A stretch of DNA of 64,000 nucleotides. It comes from an uncultured Gemmatimonadota bacterium. Lineage in GTDB: Bacteria > JAAXHH01. The stretch is taken from contig OX638340.1 of NCBI GenBank assembly GCA_951812955.1, forward strand, positions 704,001-768,000, in the 5' to 3' direction. The notes under the pieces are model-generated. The model searched no databases and had not been told where the DNA came from. It was given only the letters and a program-made list of their open reading frames with translations. Made by a program: the position numbers and the translations under genes. This document shows positions 45,718 through 55,469 of this stretch, one piece after another (the first letter of the stretch is position 1; the number at the start of each line of letters is the position of its first letter).

Positions 45718-47100
45718 TCACGCCGCGAGACCTGCTATCCGGTCGATGAGTATATCCACCTGTTCGGCCGTATCCATGACATGCAGCGTGGCGCGGACCC
45801 CGCTGAATCCGCCGGCGGCGCCGACCGTCCGTATATAGATGTTCGGGTTCCGGTACCACAACCGCCCGACGATATCTGAAGGATTCAGGTCCTTGACCGA
45901 AAAGGATACGAGCGCCATGGACATGCGGGGATCGTCCGACGAATAGACGGTGACCCCGTCGATCTCCTTCAATCCTCTTCTCAGCCGCAGGGACAGGTAA
46001 CGGAGCCGTGCTTCGATGGCTTCCGGGTTAAGTCTGTTGTGGAAATCCAGCGCCGCGCCGATCGAAATGCGGTCCGAGTAGCTCGTGGAGCCTCTCTGCT
46101 CGAGTTTACGCGCACCCTCGATGGCCCGGTCCGGATCGGGTGAACCGGTGTATACAAGCGGACGAATCCGGTCTGCCGCGTCGTTCCGGAGGAACAGGAA
46201 CCCGGTATGCTGGGCGGCCAGCATATACTTGTGGCCCGGGCCCGCGTACATGTCACACCCGAGATCCTGCATGTCCAACTTCATCATGCCAGGCGGTTGG
46301 GCCCCGTCGATCAGCGTTATGATGCCCTTCGACCTTGCCATCTCGCATATTTCCTTCACCGGCATGATGAAACCGTCGGTGTAGTTGATATGGCAGATGG
46401 TGAGGAACCGGGTCTTCGACGTAATGCCCGATTCCACCACGTCTATGACTTTCTGCGGGTCTTCGAGCATGCGGAAACTGGGATCCGAGATGTCCACCAT
46501 CTTGAATTCCAGGCCGTCTCGCTTCGCGCGAAACGCCATCATGTTCTTCACCCACCCGTAGTCATAGTTGGTCGTCAGAATCTCATCGCCCCGTTTCAGG
46601 TCCAGCCCCATGAATCCGAGGCCCATGCCATCGGTAGTGCTGTTTGTGAAGGCGATTTCCTCGACATCCGCTCCTACGAAACCGGCCATGTCCTTGCGAA
46701 TCTGGTCCATGCCGCTGAAAAAGTAGGTCGACCAGCACATGGCAGGATCGGAATTGACTGCTTCCACGGCCTCGGTCTGCGCCTTGTGGACGCTCAGGGG
46801 CGAAATACCCCGTGTGCCGGAATTCATGTATATCACGCCGTCACGAAGGAGGAACTGGGCCGCGACCTTCTCCCAGTATGCCTCGTCATCGGGTGCGGCG
46901 CCGCCATCCGGCGTGTCGGGCAGATCGGGCAGCGGCGCTGCTTCTGCTTCCTGAACCGGGGACAGCAGGGTCGACGCACCGGCCAGCCCGGCCGCGCCGG
47001 CCATCATGCTGCCAATGAATCCACGGCGGGACAGACCTTGCAGCTTGTCAGGGTCCTGAATTCGGGGATCGAAGTGCAATGTTCCTTCGTTGTCAGACAT
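45718..47100 (-). CDS. Tat-signal class V-fold PLP-dependent enzyme (aminotransferase / isopenicillin-N-epimerase-like), predicted exported
   Basis: Twin-arginine motif SRRGFIGSMMAGAAGLAGASTLL with an AEA/AP cleavage site, followed by a class-V fold (AGPGHKYML, SxHK-like). GGAGG RBS 7 nt before ATG 47100. Confidence 0.75.
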   Translation of the reverse strand: MSDNEGTLHFDPRIQDPDKLQGLSRRGFIGSMMAGAAGLAGASTLLSPVQEAEAAPLPDLPDTPDGGAAPDDEAYWEKVAAQFLLRDGVIYMNSGTRGISPLSVHKAQTEAVEAVNSDPAMCWSTYFFSGMDQIRKDMAGFVGADVEEIAFTNSTTDGMGLGFMGLDLKRGDEILTTNYDYGWVKNMMAFRAKRDGLEFKMVDISDPSFRMLEDPQKVIDVVESGITSKTRFLTICHINYTDGFIMPVKEICEMARSKGIITLIDGAQPPGMMKLDMQDLGCDMYAGPGHKYMLAAQHTGFLFLRNDAADRIRPLVYTGSPDPDRAIEGARKLEQRGSTSYSDRISIGAALDFHNRLNPEAIEARLRYLSLRLRRGLKEIDGVTVYSSDDPRMSMALVSFSVKDLNPSDIVGRLWYRNPNIYIRTVGAAGGFSGVRATLHVMDTAEQVDILIDRIAGLAA

Positions 47101-47165
47101 GAAATGCCTCCATCGGGGATCGAACCGTCCCGTTTATCCGGCTGAATTGGGCAAGTGTAGTGTGC

Positions 47166-47194
47166 AGTATAATTGGGATCTATAATGGGAACAA
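47166..47194 (-). promoter_or_regulatory. Candidate sigma-70-like promoter (TTGTTC-N17-TATACT) for the Tat-signal PLP enzyme gene
   Basis: Minus-strand cTTGTTCccattatagatcccaatTATACTg lies ~60 nt upstream of ATG 47100 in a lower-GC spacer. Confidence 0.3.
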
Positions 47195-47258
47195 GAAATA
47201 ACGATCCATGAGATTAAAGCGAAATGTCTGCGGACGCAGTAACCGCAATGCACAGCTT

Positions 47259-48269
47259 TCACTCGTGCTTCTCCAGGAAATCTTTCAAGCACTCGCATTC
47301 ACTTGCCGCAGCCGGATCCAGTTCGATCTGGTGCATCCGGGCGCGGACGTAGAAGAGGCTCATCTCGTCCGGCGTTCCGTCCCGCTCGATGATCTCCCGC
47401 ACCCTGGCGGGAAAGTAGCTGCCCCAGTCCGGCTGGCGACCATCGAGATCCGTAAAACCGTATTCTTTCGCTAGCGTACCGCTCGAGTACAGCCCGCCGT
47501 ACTTCGAAGCGACGTCCGGATCGGCCGCCAGAGCCGCGACGCCCCTGCCCATGTAGCACGGCGTTTCCGATTCTTCGAAGTATGAGTCCTGGGCAATAGC
47601 GTCCCGCCAGTTCTCTTCCGTGACCCCGAAACCGTCCAATATCGCCTCGGACCGCAGAAACCCCGGCGTGACGGTCAGCGCGGTGATTCGGTGCGCGTGG
47701 AGATCGGTAGCCATCGCGTATCCCAGCCGGATCGTCGCGTTTTTCGCGAAGTCGTAGAACAGGTTCCCGCGATAGCCCATCGTGTCGCCGTCCGTGACTT
47801 CCACGATCAGCCCGGAGTTCTGCTCGATCATGATCGGCACACCGTGCCTGCTGGTGATGATATGGCTGTGTACCGCCCCTTCAATCATCCTGAACCCCTG
47901 GGCCGTATCGAGTTCCCAGAAAGGCGAACCCCACTCGATCATTTCATCGCCGCCCCATATGTCGTTGACGAGGATGTCGAGCCGACCCTGGTCGTTCCTG
48001 ACGCGTGCGAACAATCGCTCCACTTCGGCTTCGATGGTATGGTCCGTCCGCACGGCGATGCCGCGGCCGCCTTCGGCCGTGACGATATCGGCGGTCTCCT
48101 CGATGGTTTCAGGCCGGCCCGGCGTGGCGGGGCGTCCTTTCACGCTCCGTCCGGTGCAATAGACCGTGGCGCCCGCCGCACCGAGCATTCGGGCGATTCC
48201 CCGGCCGGTCCCGCGTGTGGCTCCCGTCACGACAGCCACGCGATCCTGCAGTGATCCACGATCCATCAT
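47259..48269 (-). CDS. SDR family oxidoreductase with a C-terminal extension
   Basis: Rossmann VAVVTGATRGTGRGIA and an SDR pattern. Internal ATG 48269 chosen; the ORF is open to 48350. Confidence 0.75.
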   Translation of the reverse strand: MMDRGSLQDRVAVVTGATRGTGRGIARMLGAAGATVYCTGRSVKGRPATPGRPETIEETADIVTAEGGRGIAVRTDHTIEAEVERLFARVRNDQGRLDILVNDIWGGDEMIEWGSPFWELDTAQGFRMIEGAVHSHIITSRHGVPIMIEQNSGLIVEVTDGDTMGYRGNLFYDFAKNATIRLGYAMATDLHAHRITALTVTPGFLRSEAILDGFGVTEENWRDAIAQDSYFEESETPCYMGRGVAALAADPDVASKYGGLYSSGTLAKEYGFTDLDGRQPDWGSYFPARVREIIERDGTPDEMSLFYVRARMHQIELDPAAASECECLKDFLEKHE

Positions 48270-48534
48270 GTTTCCCGGAAAGCGGTGTGCGTCCGAATCT
48301 TGCCGGTTAAGAAGACGATCCAATGTACTTGCCGCGACGCCCGATGTCAAAGTGATAGGGGGTCCGTCAGGATAGCAGTTGTTTCACCGGACATGACTCA
48401 TTATGGTAAGGGATCCACGCAAACAGCGGGGTCCGGCGACGACACAGAAACGATTGATCCGCGGCAGACTTCCGCATGCGGTTTCCTGATCGTATGATCC
48501 TCCACGATTTGCGATTTCCAATTTCGAGACACAC

Positions 48535-49530
48535 ATGGCCATCATACCTGTCGATTACTCAAATCCTCGCTACGAAGCGACGTCCCTGCACCGTTTTACT
48601 GTAGAAGCGCTACGGAAAGCCGGCTTGTCGCACGCCCACGCATCGGAAATGGCCGATTACCTGACCGCGACGGATCTGCGCGGCGTGCTCAGTCACGGTA
48701 CTCGGCAGCTTCCCGGCTACGTGAGGTCCTTCCAGTCACGCAGCTGCAACGCCACGCCGAACATCCGGATCCATCGCGAAGCCGGAGCAATGGTGCAGTG
48801 GGACGGTGACGGCGGCATGGGACACCTGGTTTCCGCCCGAGCGATCCGCTCGGCGGTCTCACGGGCAAGATCAACGGGGATCTGCCTGGTCACGGCGACG
48901 CACTGCGGCCACACCGGTTCCGTAGGGAACTGGACGCGCATCGCGACGGGGTCGGGCATGATCTGCCTGTACTACAGCACGCCCATGAGTCCGCTTCCCT
49001 TCGACCGGCCAGAACCCGTCGTTGAAGCGTTGAATAACCCCCCGGTCAGCTTCGGATTCCCTGCCGCGGAGGGCGAACCGCCCGTGCTGATCGATATGGG
49101 TACGCACCTGGAACTCCCCGATGTTCAGGAGAAGATCGCGGAGATAAGCGTGCTGCCGCTGATTAAGGGACTGGCCTACCAGGTCACGTCCGTAATGTTG
49201 ACCTGGCCCGTGGACGCGCAATCTCACATTGAACGAAGCTATCCGGGGGCCACCAGCAGCCTCACCGCCGTCGTCCTGGACCCCGCCTTCATCGGCGAGC
49301 CATCCAATTACACGCGAACGGTCACGGAATTGCGGGCGAACATCCATGCCATGCGACCCCTGCCGGGCCTGGACCGTTCATCGTTACCGGGTGAAATCGA
49401 AGCGGAGCGGGAGGCCGATTTCAGCCGGAACGGGATACCCCTGGACGACGCCCACATCCTGTCGCTACGGGACCTGGGCGATGAACTGGGTGTACCGTGC
49501 TACTGGGAGACTGGCGGATGCGGGAGGTAA
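48535..49530 (+). CDS. Ldh_2 family (malate/L-lactate/sulfolactate dehydrogenase family 2) oxidoreductase
   Basis: LTATDLRGVLSHGTRQLPGYVRSFQSR and GHTGSVGNW motifs are typical of Ldh_2. Confidence 0.7.
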   Translation: MAIIPVDYSNPRYEATSLHRFTVEALRKAGLSHAHASEMADYLTATDLRGVLSHGTRQLPGYVRSFQSRSCNATPNIRIHREAGAMVQWDGDGGMGHLVSARAIRSAVSRARSTGICLVTATHCGHTGSVGNWTRIATGSGMICLYYSTPMSPLPFDRPEPVVEALNNPPVSFGFPAAEGEPPVLIDMGTHLELPDVQEKIAEISVLPLIKGLAYQVTSVMLTWPVDAQSHIERSYPGATSSLTAVVLDPAFIGEPSNYTRTVTELRANIHAMRPLPGLDRSSLPGEIEAEREADFSRNGIPLDDAHILSLRDLGDELGVPCYWETGGCGR

Positions 49531-50141
49531 ACGAGGAACAGGCGGGGCGGGCTCATCGCGACCAGCTCCAACGGGCACTGGGTCATTACCTGGCGCGTTT
49601 TCCCGGTGAAGGCGAAACGGTAGAACGGATCCGTTCCCTGGTGGCCGGACATCCCGACTGCTTCGAAAGGACGTGCCTGCCGGGCCACATCACCGGTTCG
49701 GCCTGGATCGTTTCTCCCGACTGTTCTAAATACCTGATGACCCGCCACCGGATATTCGACCGCTGGCTACAGTTGGGCGGCCATTCCGACGGTTGCACCC
49801 AACCTCACCTCGTCGCCCTGCGGGAAGCCGAAGAAGAGTCCGGGCTATCGGGTTTCGGCCTGTACCGTGAGCTGGAAGGATTCGTTCCACTGGACGTGGA
49901 TATCCACACCATCGCCGCCCGGGCCGGCGTACCTGCGCATGCGCATTTCGACCTCCGCTATCTGCTGATGGCATCCGTCGAAAAACCCTTGAAGATAAGC
50001 GATGAATCCCATGACCTCAGGTGGTTTGAAAGGAACGAACTCATGGAAATGATCCACGAAGAAAGCGTGCTTCGCATGCTGCACAAAGGGGACGCCGCCC
50101 TGAAACGGCAGAGGGGGGATTTCGTACACAGTTTCTCCTGA
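49518..50141 (+). CDS. NUDIX hydrolase
   Basis: Nudix box GGHSDGCTQPHLVALREAEEESGL. ATG 49518 overlaps the Ldh_2 gene end; the alternative GTG is 49497. Confidence 0.7.
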   Translation: MREVNEEQAGRAHRDQLQRALGHYLARFPGEGETVERIRSLVAGHPDCFERTCLPGHITGSAWIVSPDCSKYLMTRHRIFDRWLQLGGHSDGCTQPHLVALREAEEESGLSGFGLYRELEGFVPLDVDIHTIAARAGVPAHAHFDLRYLLMASVEKPLKISDESHDLRWFERNELMEMIHEESVLRMLHKGDAALKRQRGDFVHSFS

Positions 50142-50269
50142 CGATTCGCTTGCACGACGCCGGCGGGGGGCGTATATTCTCCCCGGACTTTCAAACGACA
50201 AATCTCTGACATTTCCGCCTTGTTCGATCAGCCAAAGGTGGCGGCCAAAACCGAAAGAGGTGCCGTACT

Positions 50270-51025
50270 ATGCCCCCTCCCGCAGCCCTTCAGCTTTATA
50301 CCCTTCGAGAAATGGCCGACAAGGACTTCGATCAGGTGGTGAACCTGACCGCGGAGATCGGTTATGCTGGCGTCGAGCCCGCCGGTTTTCCCGGCACCAC
50401 GCCGGAAGCGGCCGGCAGGCTCTTCGAATCGCTGAACCTCGAAGTTCCCAGCGCGCACCTTCCGCTGCCCGTCGGCGACAACAAATCCTATGTCATCGAA
50501 ACAGCCGGTGCGCTCGGGACCAGCCGCGTGGTCGCGGGGCTGGGCCGGGACGATCACAACACGGTAGACAACATCAGGTGGTCGGCGGACCGCTTCAACG
50601 CGGCCGCGGAAGCCGTAGCGCCTCACGGTTTGACCTTCGGGATACATAATCACTGGTGGGAATACCTCGAGGTTGAGGGACGGATAGCGACGGATATCCT
50701 CCTCGAGCATCTTTCACCAGAGGTATTCTTCCAGGTGGACGTGTACTGGGTTCAGGTCGGCGGTCCCGATCCGGCCGGCGTGCTCGAGCGCCTCGGCGCC
50801 CGAGCGCCGCTGCTTCACCTCAAGGACGGCCCCTGCCTACGGGATACGGACATGACCGCCCTGGGCGAAGGGAAGGTGGACCTCCCTGGCGTGATCGCAG
50901 CCGGCGGAGATCACACCGAGTGGCACATCGTCGAACTGGACAGTTGCGCGACGGACATGGTCGAAGCGGTGAAGAAGAGTTACGACTACCTGGTGGACAA
51001 CGGCCTGTCCCGCGGCAACAGGTAG
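50270..51025 (+). CDS. Sugar phosphate isomerase/epimerase (xylose isomerase-like TIM barrel)
   Basis: LQLYTLREM N-terminus, AGVEP, and an HNHWWEY-type metal-ligand region. Confidence 0.8.
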   Translation: MPPPAALQLYTLREMADKDFDQVVNLTAEIGYAGVEPAGFPGTTPEAAGRLFESLNLEVPSAHLPLPVGDNKSYVIETAGALGTSRVVAGLGRDDHNTVDNIRWSADRFNAAAEAVAPHGLTFGIHNHWWEYLEVEGRIATDILLEHLSPEVFFQVDVYWVQVGGPDPAGVLERLGARAPLLHLKDGPCLRDTDMTALGEGKVDLPGVIAAGGDHTEWHIVELDSCATDMVEAVKKSYDYLVDNGLSRGNR

Positions 51026-51107
51026 CTCAAACCGGGCAGACTGCGAGTCGAACTCCGCCGCGTTCGAACGAGCGGCAAGAACTGAGACGGGAGCGAGGAG
51101 ACGGCGC

Positions 51108-51893
51108 ATGACAAAGGAAGAGGGCGCGCGCAAACGCGAGCAACTGATCCGCGACGGATACTGTCATATCGAAGGCGTGCTGCCAGAAGACTTCCTGGCT
51201 ACCATGCGGGAAGAATCGGACCGCCTGCTCGATTCGGCGGAACACCCGCCCGAGTGGCAGTACCAGGGATCCGACCTGCATGTTTCCGGTCAGGATAACG
51301 AGGCGATGGGCAACTTGCTCGAGTGGCCCGGCGCCCGGGATATCCTCAATACCATGGGCCTGACGGATTTCACCCCTTCCGGTATCGTAATCATCCTGAG
51401 CAAGCCGGCCGGCGGTCCGCCCCTCTACTGGCACCAGGACTGGATGGCGTGGAACGATCCCATCAGCCTGGCACCCTGGCCTCAGACCATATTCCTTTCC
51501 TACTACCTGGTGGACACGGACTTCGAAAACGGGTGTTTCCGCGTTATACCCGGCACGCATCGCAGGCGCATTCCCCTGCACGGCCAGGTGGAGGTCGCCC
51601 ACCAGGAGACCGCGTATTTCGCCGACATGAAGGATCCGCACATGTTCGGTGACCATACGGACGCTGTCGACCTGCCCGTGAAAGCCGGCGACCTGGTCAT
51701 CGGTGACGCACGCGTCCTTCACGCGGCGCGCGGCAACAACAGTGATCGCAGGCGGACTTTGCTTCTGGGATGGCACAACCGGCCGCTGACCGTACCGGAT
51801 CACTGGACTGGCGAGGTGCCCGAACCCATCCTGAACCGCCCGCCGGACGCCCGTTACGAAGGCACGAGAATCCCCGGAAAATACCTGGAGTAG
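51108..51893 (+). CDS. Phytanoyl-CoA dioxygenase (PhyH) family oxygenase
   Basis: REQLIRDGYCHIEGVL, YWHQDW and FRVIPGTHRR motifs. Confidence 0.8.
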   Translation: MTKEEGARKREQLIRDGYCHIEGVLPEDFLATMREESDRLLDSAEHPPEWQYQGSDLHVSGQDNEAMGNLLEWPGARDILNTMGLTDFTPSGIVIILSKPAGGPPLYWHQDWMAWNDPISLAPWPQTIFLSYYLVDTDFENGCFRVIPGTHRRRIPLHGQVEVAHQETAYFADMKDPHMFGDHTDAVDLPVKAGDLVIGDARVLHAARGNNSDRRRTLLLGWHNRPLTVPDHWTGEVPEPILNRPPDARYEGTRIPGKYLE

Positions 51894-51896
51894 CCA

Positions 51897-52640
51897 ATGA
51901 CCGAATTCGAAAACGCAGTCTACGAACTGGATGTGTACGGATTCACAGTCGTGGAGCGCGTCTTAACATCCGAACAGACGGAATCCATGCGCAGCGTGCT
52001 GATGCGTCTGAACGACGAGGTGGGTGAAGAACGCGGCGGCGAAGGATCCTGCAGCCACGTAAGCAACCTGCCCACCCTGGACCCGATCTTCTTTCCGGTC
52101 ATCGATCACCCCCGAATCCTGCCCATCCTCGAGCATTACCTCGAGCCCACGTTGATCCTGGGCAGCTTGAACAGCCGCATCGTGCGGCCGGGGGACGGCG
52201 ATCAGGGCTTTCACAGCGATATCCCCGCCGAGATGCTCAACATGGCCTCGCCGGTAATGATGAACACCGTGTGGATGCTGGATGATTTCTCACCCGAAAA
52301 CGGCGGCACCCGGGTCGTTCCCGGAACCCACAAAAGTGGCCTGGGCCATCCGTCTCAGGGGGTTGAAGTAAAGTACTACGTGCAGCCAGCCGCTCCCGCG
52401 GGAAGCGTGCTGGTCTTCAATGGCCAATGCTGGCACGGGGGCGGGGCCAACCATGGCAGCGCGAACCGGCACGCACTCTTCGCGCATTACCGGAAACGCA
52501 TGCTCATGTTCCAGTACGATCCCCACGAACGGTTCCCCGTCGAATGGTACGGACTGCTCACGGACCGTCAGAAGGAAATCATGCGCATGAAGCACGGTGT
52601 GGACGCGCCCCGTGCGGCCGACGTGCAGGTTTTCAGATAG
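51897..52640 (+). CDS. Phytanoyl-CoA dioxygenase (PhyH) family oxygenase (tandem paralog)
   Basis: YELDVYGFTVVERVL, FHSDIP and GGTRVVPGTHKSG motifs. It starts 3 nt after the previous PhyH gene. Confidence 0.8.
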   Translation: MTEFENAVYELDVYGFTVVERVLTSEQTESMRSVLMRLNDEVGEERGGEGSCSHVSNLPTLDPIFFPVIDHPRILPILEHYLEPTLILGSLNSRIVRPGDGDQGFHSDIPAEMLNMASPVMMNTVWMLDDFSPENGGTRVVPGTHKSGLGHPSQGVEVKYYVQPAAPAGSVLVFNGQCWHGGGANHGSANRHALFAHYRKRMLMFQYDPHERFPVEWYGLLTDRQKEIMRMKHGVDAPRAADVQVFR

Positions 52641-52655
52641 TGGTCCCGGAAGGCC

Positions 52656-53621
52656 CTACAAGGACATGGCTTCCGGGTTGACGATATGGTCCGGCCGCCG
52701 TCTGTTCCAGACCTGGAGCGCCATGGTCAGCGCCATGGTCCACATCCGTTCCCTGCTCGCGACGGTCACGCCGGCGATATGAGGCGTAACCACCACGTCG
52801 TCGCGAAGGAGGAGCGGGTTGTCCGGGGACGGGGGTTCGGGGTCAAAAACATCCAGGGCAGCTCCGTTGAGATGCCCCCGTTCGAGGGCGGCGCATAGTG
52901 CGTGCTCGTCCACCAGTCCGCCCCTCGAGACGTTGACGAAGTATGCGCCCGGCTTCATCTGCGCGAAACGGTCACCGTTCATCAGGTGGCGAGTCTCCTC
53001 CGTCAGGGGAGCATGTACCGAAACGACATCCGACCCGGCCAGTACGTCTTCGATGCGGGCAATCCGTTCGATGCCCATCGCCGAAGCCTTTTCATCCTCG
53101 ATATAGGGATCGTAGGCAATCACGCGCATGCCCAGCGCAACGGCGATCCGTGCGACCCTGCCGCCGATCCGGCCCAATCCGATCAATCCCAGCGTTCTTC
53201 CGTACAGCTCCATGCCCTGGTAGCCTGACAGGTAGTCTCTCTCGGGCTGCTTCGCAAATTCATCGGAAACACGCTTTAGTTGCTTGACCGTGGCCAGGAT
53301 CAGGGCAATCGCCGTTTCGGCAGTGGACAGGGTCGGCCCATCCGGCGTATTGCAGACCGCGATGCCCCTTGCCGTTGCAGCCGGAACGACGATATTGTCG
53401 ATACCTATACCGGTCCGGCAGATGACCTTCAGATCCGGATAACGGTCCATGAAGACCCCGTCATACGACCTCCGGGCACCAGCCACGATTGCATGGGCGC
53501 CGGGCAGGTGGCAGAGCGGGTCTTCAGGCGACTCCTCGGCCGAACCAATTACGAGCAGCCGTTCATCGAACGCCGAACGTATCGCGGGAGGCATGGTGCG
53601 ATCCGACCAGAGCCTCAGCAT
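52656..53621 (-). CDS. D-isomer-specific 2-hydroxyacid dehydrogenase (NAD-binding)
   Basis: GLIGLGRIGGRVARIA Rossmann and catalytic R/E/H pattern (...SVHAPLTEETRHL...). ATG 53621 preceded by AGGAGG; the ORF is open to 53669. Confidence 0.85.
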   Translation of the reverse strand: MLRLWSDRTMPPAIRSAFDERLLVIGSAEESPEDPLCHLPGAHAIVAGARRSYDGVFMDRYPDLKVICRTGIGIDNIVVPAATARGIAVCNTPDGPTLSTAETAIALILATVKQLKRVSDEFAKQPERDYLSGYQGMELYGRTLGLIGLGRIGGRVARIAVALGMRVIAYDPYIEDEKASAMGIERIARIEDVLAGSDVVSVHAPLTEETRHLMNGDRFAQMKPGAYFVNVSRGGLVDEHALCAALERGHLNGAALDVFDPEPPSPDNPLLLRDDVVVTPHIAGVTVASRERMWTMALTMALQVWNRRRPDHIVNPEAMSL

Positions 53622-53865
53622 GGGATCCTCCTGTGAACAACGGGCCGAACGAACCCGGGTTTCCGACAATTCAGTTGCCCGGCGGTAAACAAAACCTTAC
53701 ATTATGAATATCGTACAGCACCTCACCGCGCGCGTCCACGGGATATCATAGAACGGAAATCCATAACCGCAAGTCAATCGATATCCGGAATCGGCAAATA
53801 ACGCAGTGGTCGGGATCTTGCGCTTTCATGAATTATGAGCGACACCAAACCGGGGGAAATCTGAA

Positions 53866-55437
53866 GTGTTACGATTCTACTGCCGTCTTGCCTGTCTGAT
53901 CTGCCTGCTTGTGGCCGGACCCGCTCCAGCACAGGAACAGGAAACCGCCGCGACGGGAGCGGATTCCACCAGCGCCGGCGTCGATCCCCTGCTTTTGCCG
54001 GCGAACAGTACCGGCGACATCGATTTCACCGTGGATGTGAGCGGTTTCAGGGGGCAGGAAGAACAGATCTACCTCGAGTTCTACCTGCTGTGCCGTCCCA
54101 GTGAATTTACGCTCGAAGAAAGAGACGACAGGAAATACGTCGCCGACTTCTCGATTGATCTGAGCGTCGTCGACGAACAGGACAGCACCGTATTCCATTC
54201 GGTTCAAAAAAGGGAATACCAGACGGACCGTCCTGTAGTCGTCACCAAAAGGGGCGAGGAAAGGGTTGTGATGGAACAGATCGCCGCGGGTGTTGCCGCG
54301 GGTACGTACCGCGCGAAAGTTATCGTGACCGACCTCAACTCCGATCGCTATGGCGAAGCTGTGAAACCCTTCGTGGCCCGGCCTTTTAACGATCCCGAAC
54401 TATCTGTGAGCAACCTGCAGTTATCGACGCTCATCCAGCGGACCGAAGAGGACAATCGCTTCACAAAAAACGGTCTGCTTGTACTGCCCAATCCCCTTAG
54501 GATTTTCGAGAAATGGACCGAAATGCCCGAGGACGGCGCTTACAAACCTCGCAACATGTTCCTTTATTTCGAGATATACAACCTGGTCCCGGATTCGACC
54601 GATCAAAAGGCCACATACGACATTTATCCCGCGGTTACCAGCCATGCCAACGAAATGACTTTTCCCCTCGCTCCCAAAAAGAACAGGCGCATTTCCGGTT
54701 CCGCCGGACTAGACGTGATCGCGCTGGACTACATGACCTTTCCCGATGGTATCTTTACCCTCGACATCAGGGTCAGGGACGTGCTGGCCGGGACGGAAGC
54801 GTCGAGTTCGGCCGTCTTCGAGATCATCCAGCCTCCACCACCGCCCCCGCCCGTCATGGTGTTGACCGAGGAACAGGCTAAGCGGGGCCGGAGGATGCTG
54901 GCGATCCTGGCGAACAAACGGGAGCGCGACCTCTACGACAATCTCGACCTCGAAGGCAAGACGGAATTCCTGATTGCCTTCTGGCGCATGCGCGATCCTA
55001 CGCCCGAGACCCCTGAAAACGAATCCATGATGGTGTTCAACGAGCGGTTTTCCTATGCCGACTTTCAACTGGGTGGGGCGGAAAGCGACCGGGGCGACGT
55101 CTTCATCCGATACGGCCAGCCAGAGGAAATCGAACGGCACGATTCCAACAACATCATGAAATCCTACCAGGTATGGTACTACACGGAAGGGGTACAAGGC
55201 GATCCTTCACGGACCTCCGAAGGCGGGCGCCATTTCTTCGTTTTTGGTGACCGGCGGGGCATCGGCAGGTACGAACTGGTGCATTCCTCGGCACGGGGAG
55301 AACTCTTCAATCCCAATTGGCGCCAGGACCTGCTCCTCATGAACGAAGCCTTATTTGAGGACGGCAGTGGTTTCATGACGAATCCGGGGCTGCTCGTACC
55401 CAACAGCAGTCCGGACGCCGATCCCGCCAAACCCTGA
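53866..55437 (+). CDS. Secreted protein with a GWxTD-like C-terminal domain (degenerate motif GAESD)
   Basis: Signal peptide (CLICLLVAGPAPAQEQ). The C-terminus FWRMRDPTPETPENE...FNERFSYADFQ...SDRGDVFIRYGQPEEIERH...YQVWYY...FFVFGDRRGIGRYELVHSS matches the GWxTD-family architecture as I recall it. GTG start preceded by GGGGGAAA. Confidence 0.45.
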   Translation: MLRFYCRLACLICLLVAGPAPAQEQETAATGADSTSAGVDPLLLPANSTGDIDFTVDVSGFRGQEEQIYLEFYLLCRPSEFTLEERDDRKYVADFSIDLSVVDEQDSTVFHSVQKREYQTDRPVVVTKRGEERVVMEQIAAGVAAGTYRAKVIVTDLNSDRYGEAVKPFVARPFNDPELSVSNLQLSTLIQRTEEDNRFTKNGLLVLPNPLRIFEKWTEMPEDGAYKPRNMFLYFEIYNLVPDSTDQKATYDIYPAVTSHANEMTFPLAPKKNRRISGSAGLDVIALDYMTFPDGIFTLDIRVRDVLAGTEASSSAVFEIIQPPPPPPPVMVLTEEQAKRGRRMLAILANKRERDLYDNLDLEGKTEFLIAFWRMRDPTPETPENESMMVFNERFSYADFQLGGAESDRGDVFIRYGQPEEIERHDSNNIMKSYQVWYYTEGVQGDPSRTSEGGRHFFVFGDRRGIGRYELVHSSARGELFNPNWRQDLLLMNEALFEDGSGFMTNPGLLVPNSSPDADPAKP

Positions 55438-55469
55438 GCGCTTTTTGCTGATATCGGGGTATAGTCTCG

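Noticed and set aside
52633-52670. Hairpin (CCCGGAAG...CTTCCGGG) spanning the convergent stops of PhyH #3 and the 2-hydroxyacid dehydrogenase gene
   Set aside because: It has an 8-bp stem with a 17-nt loop, overlaps both stop codons and lacks a U-tract. It is plausible but too weak to list as a terminator.
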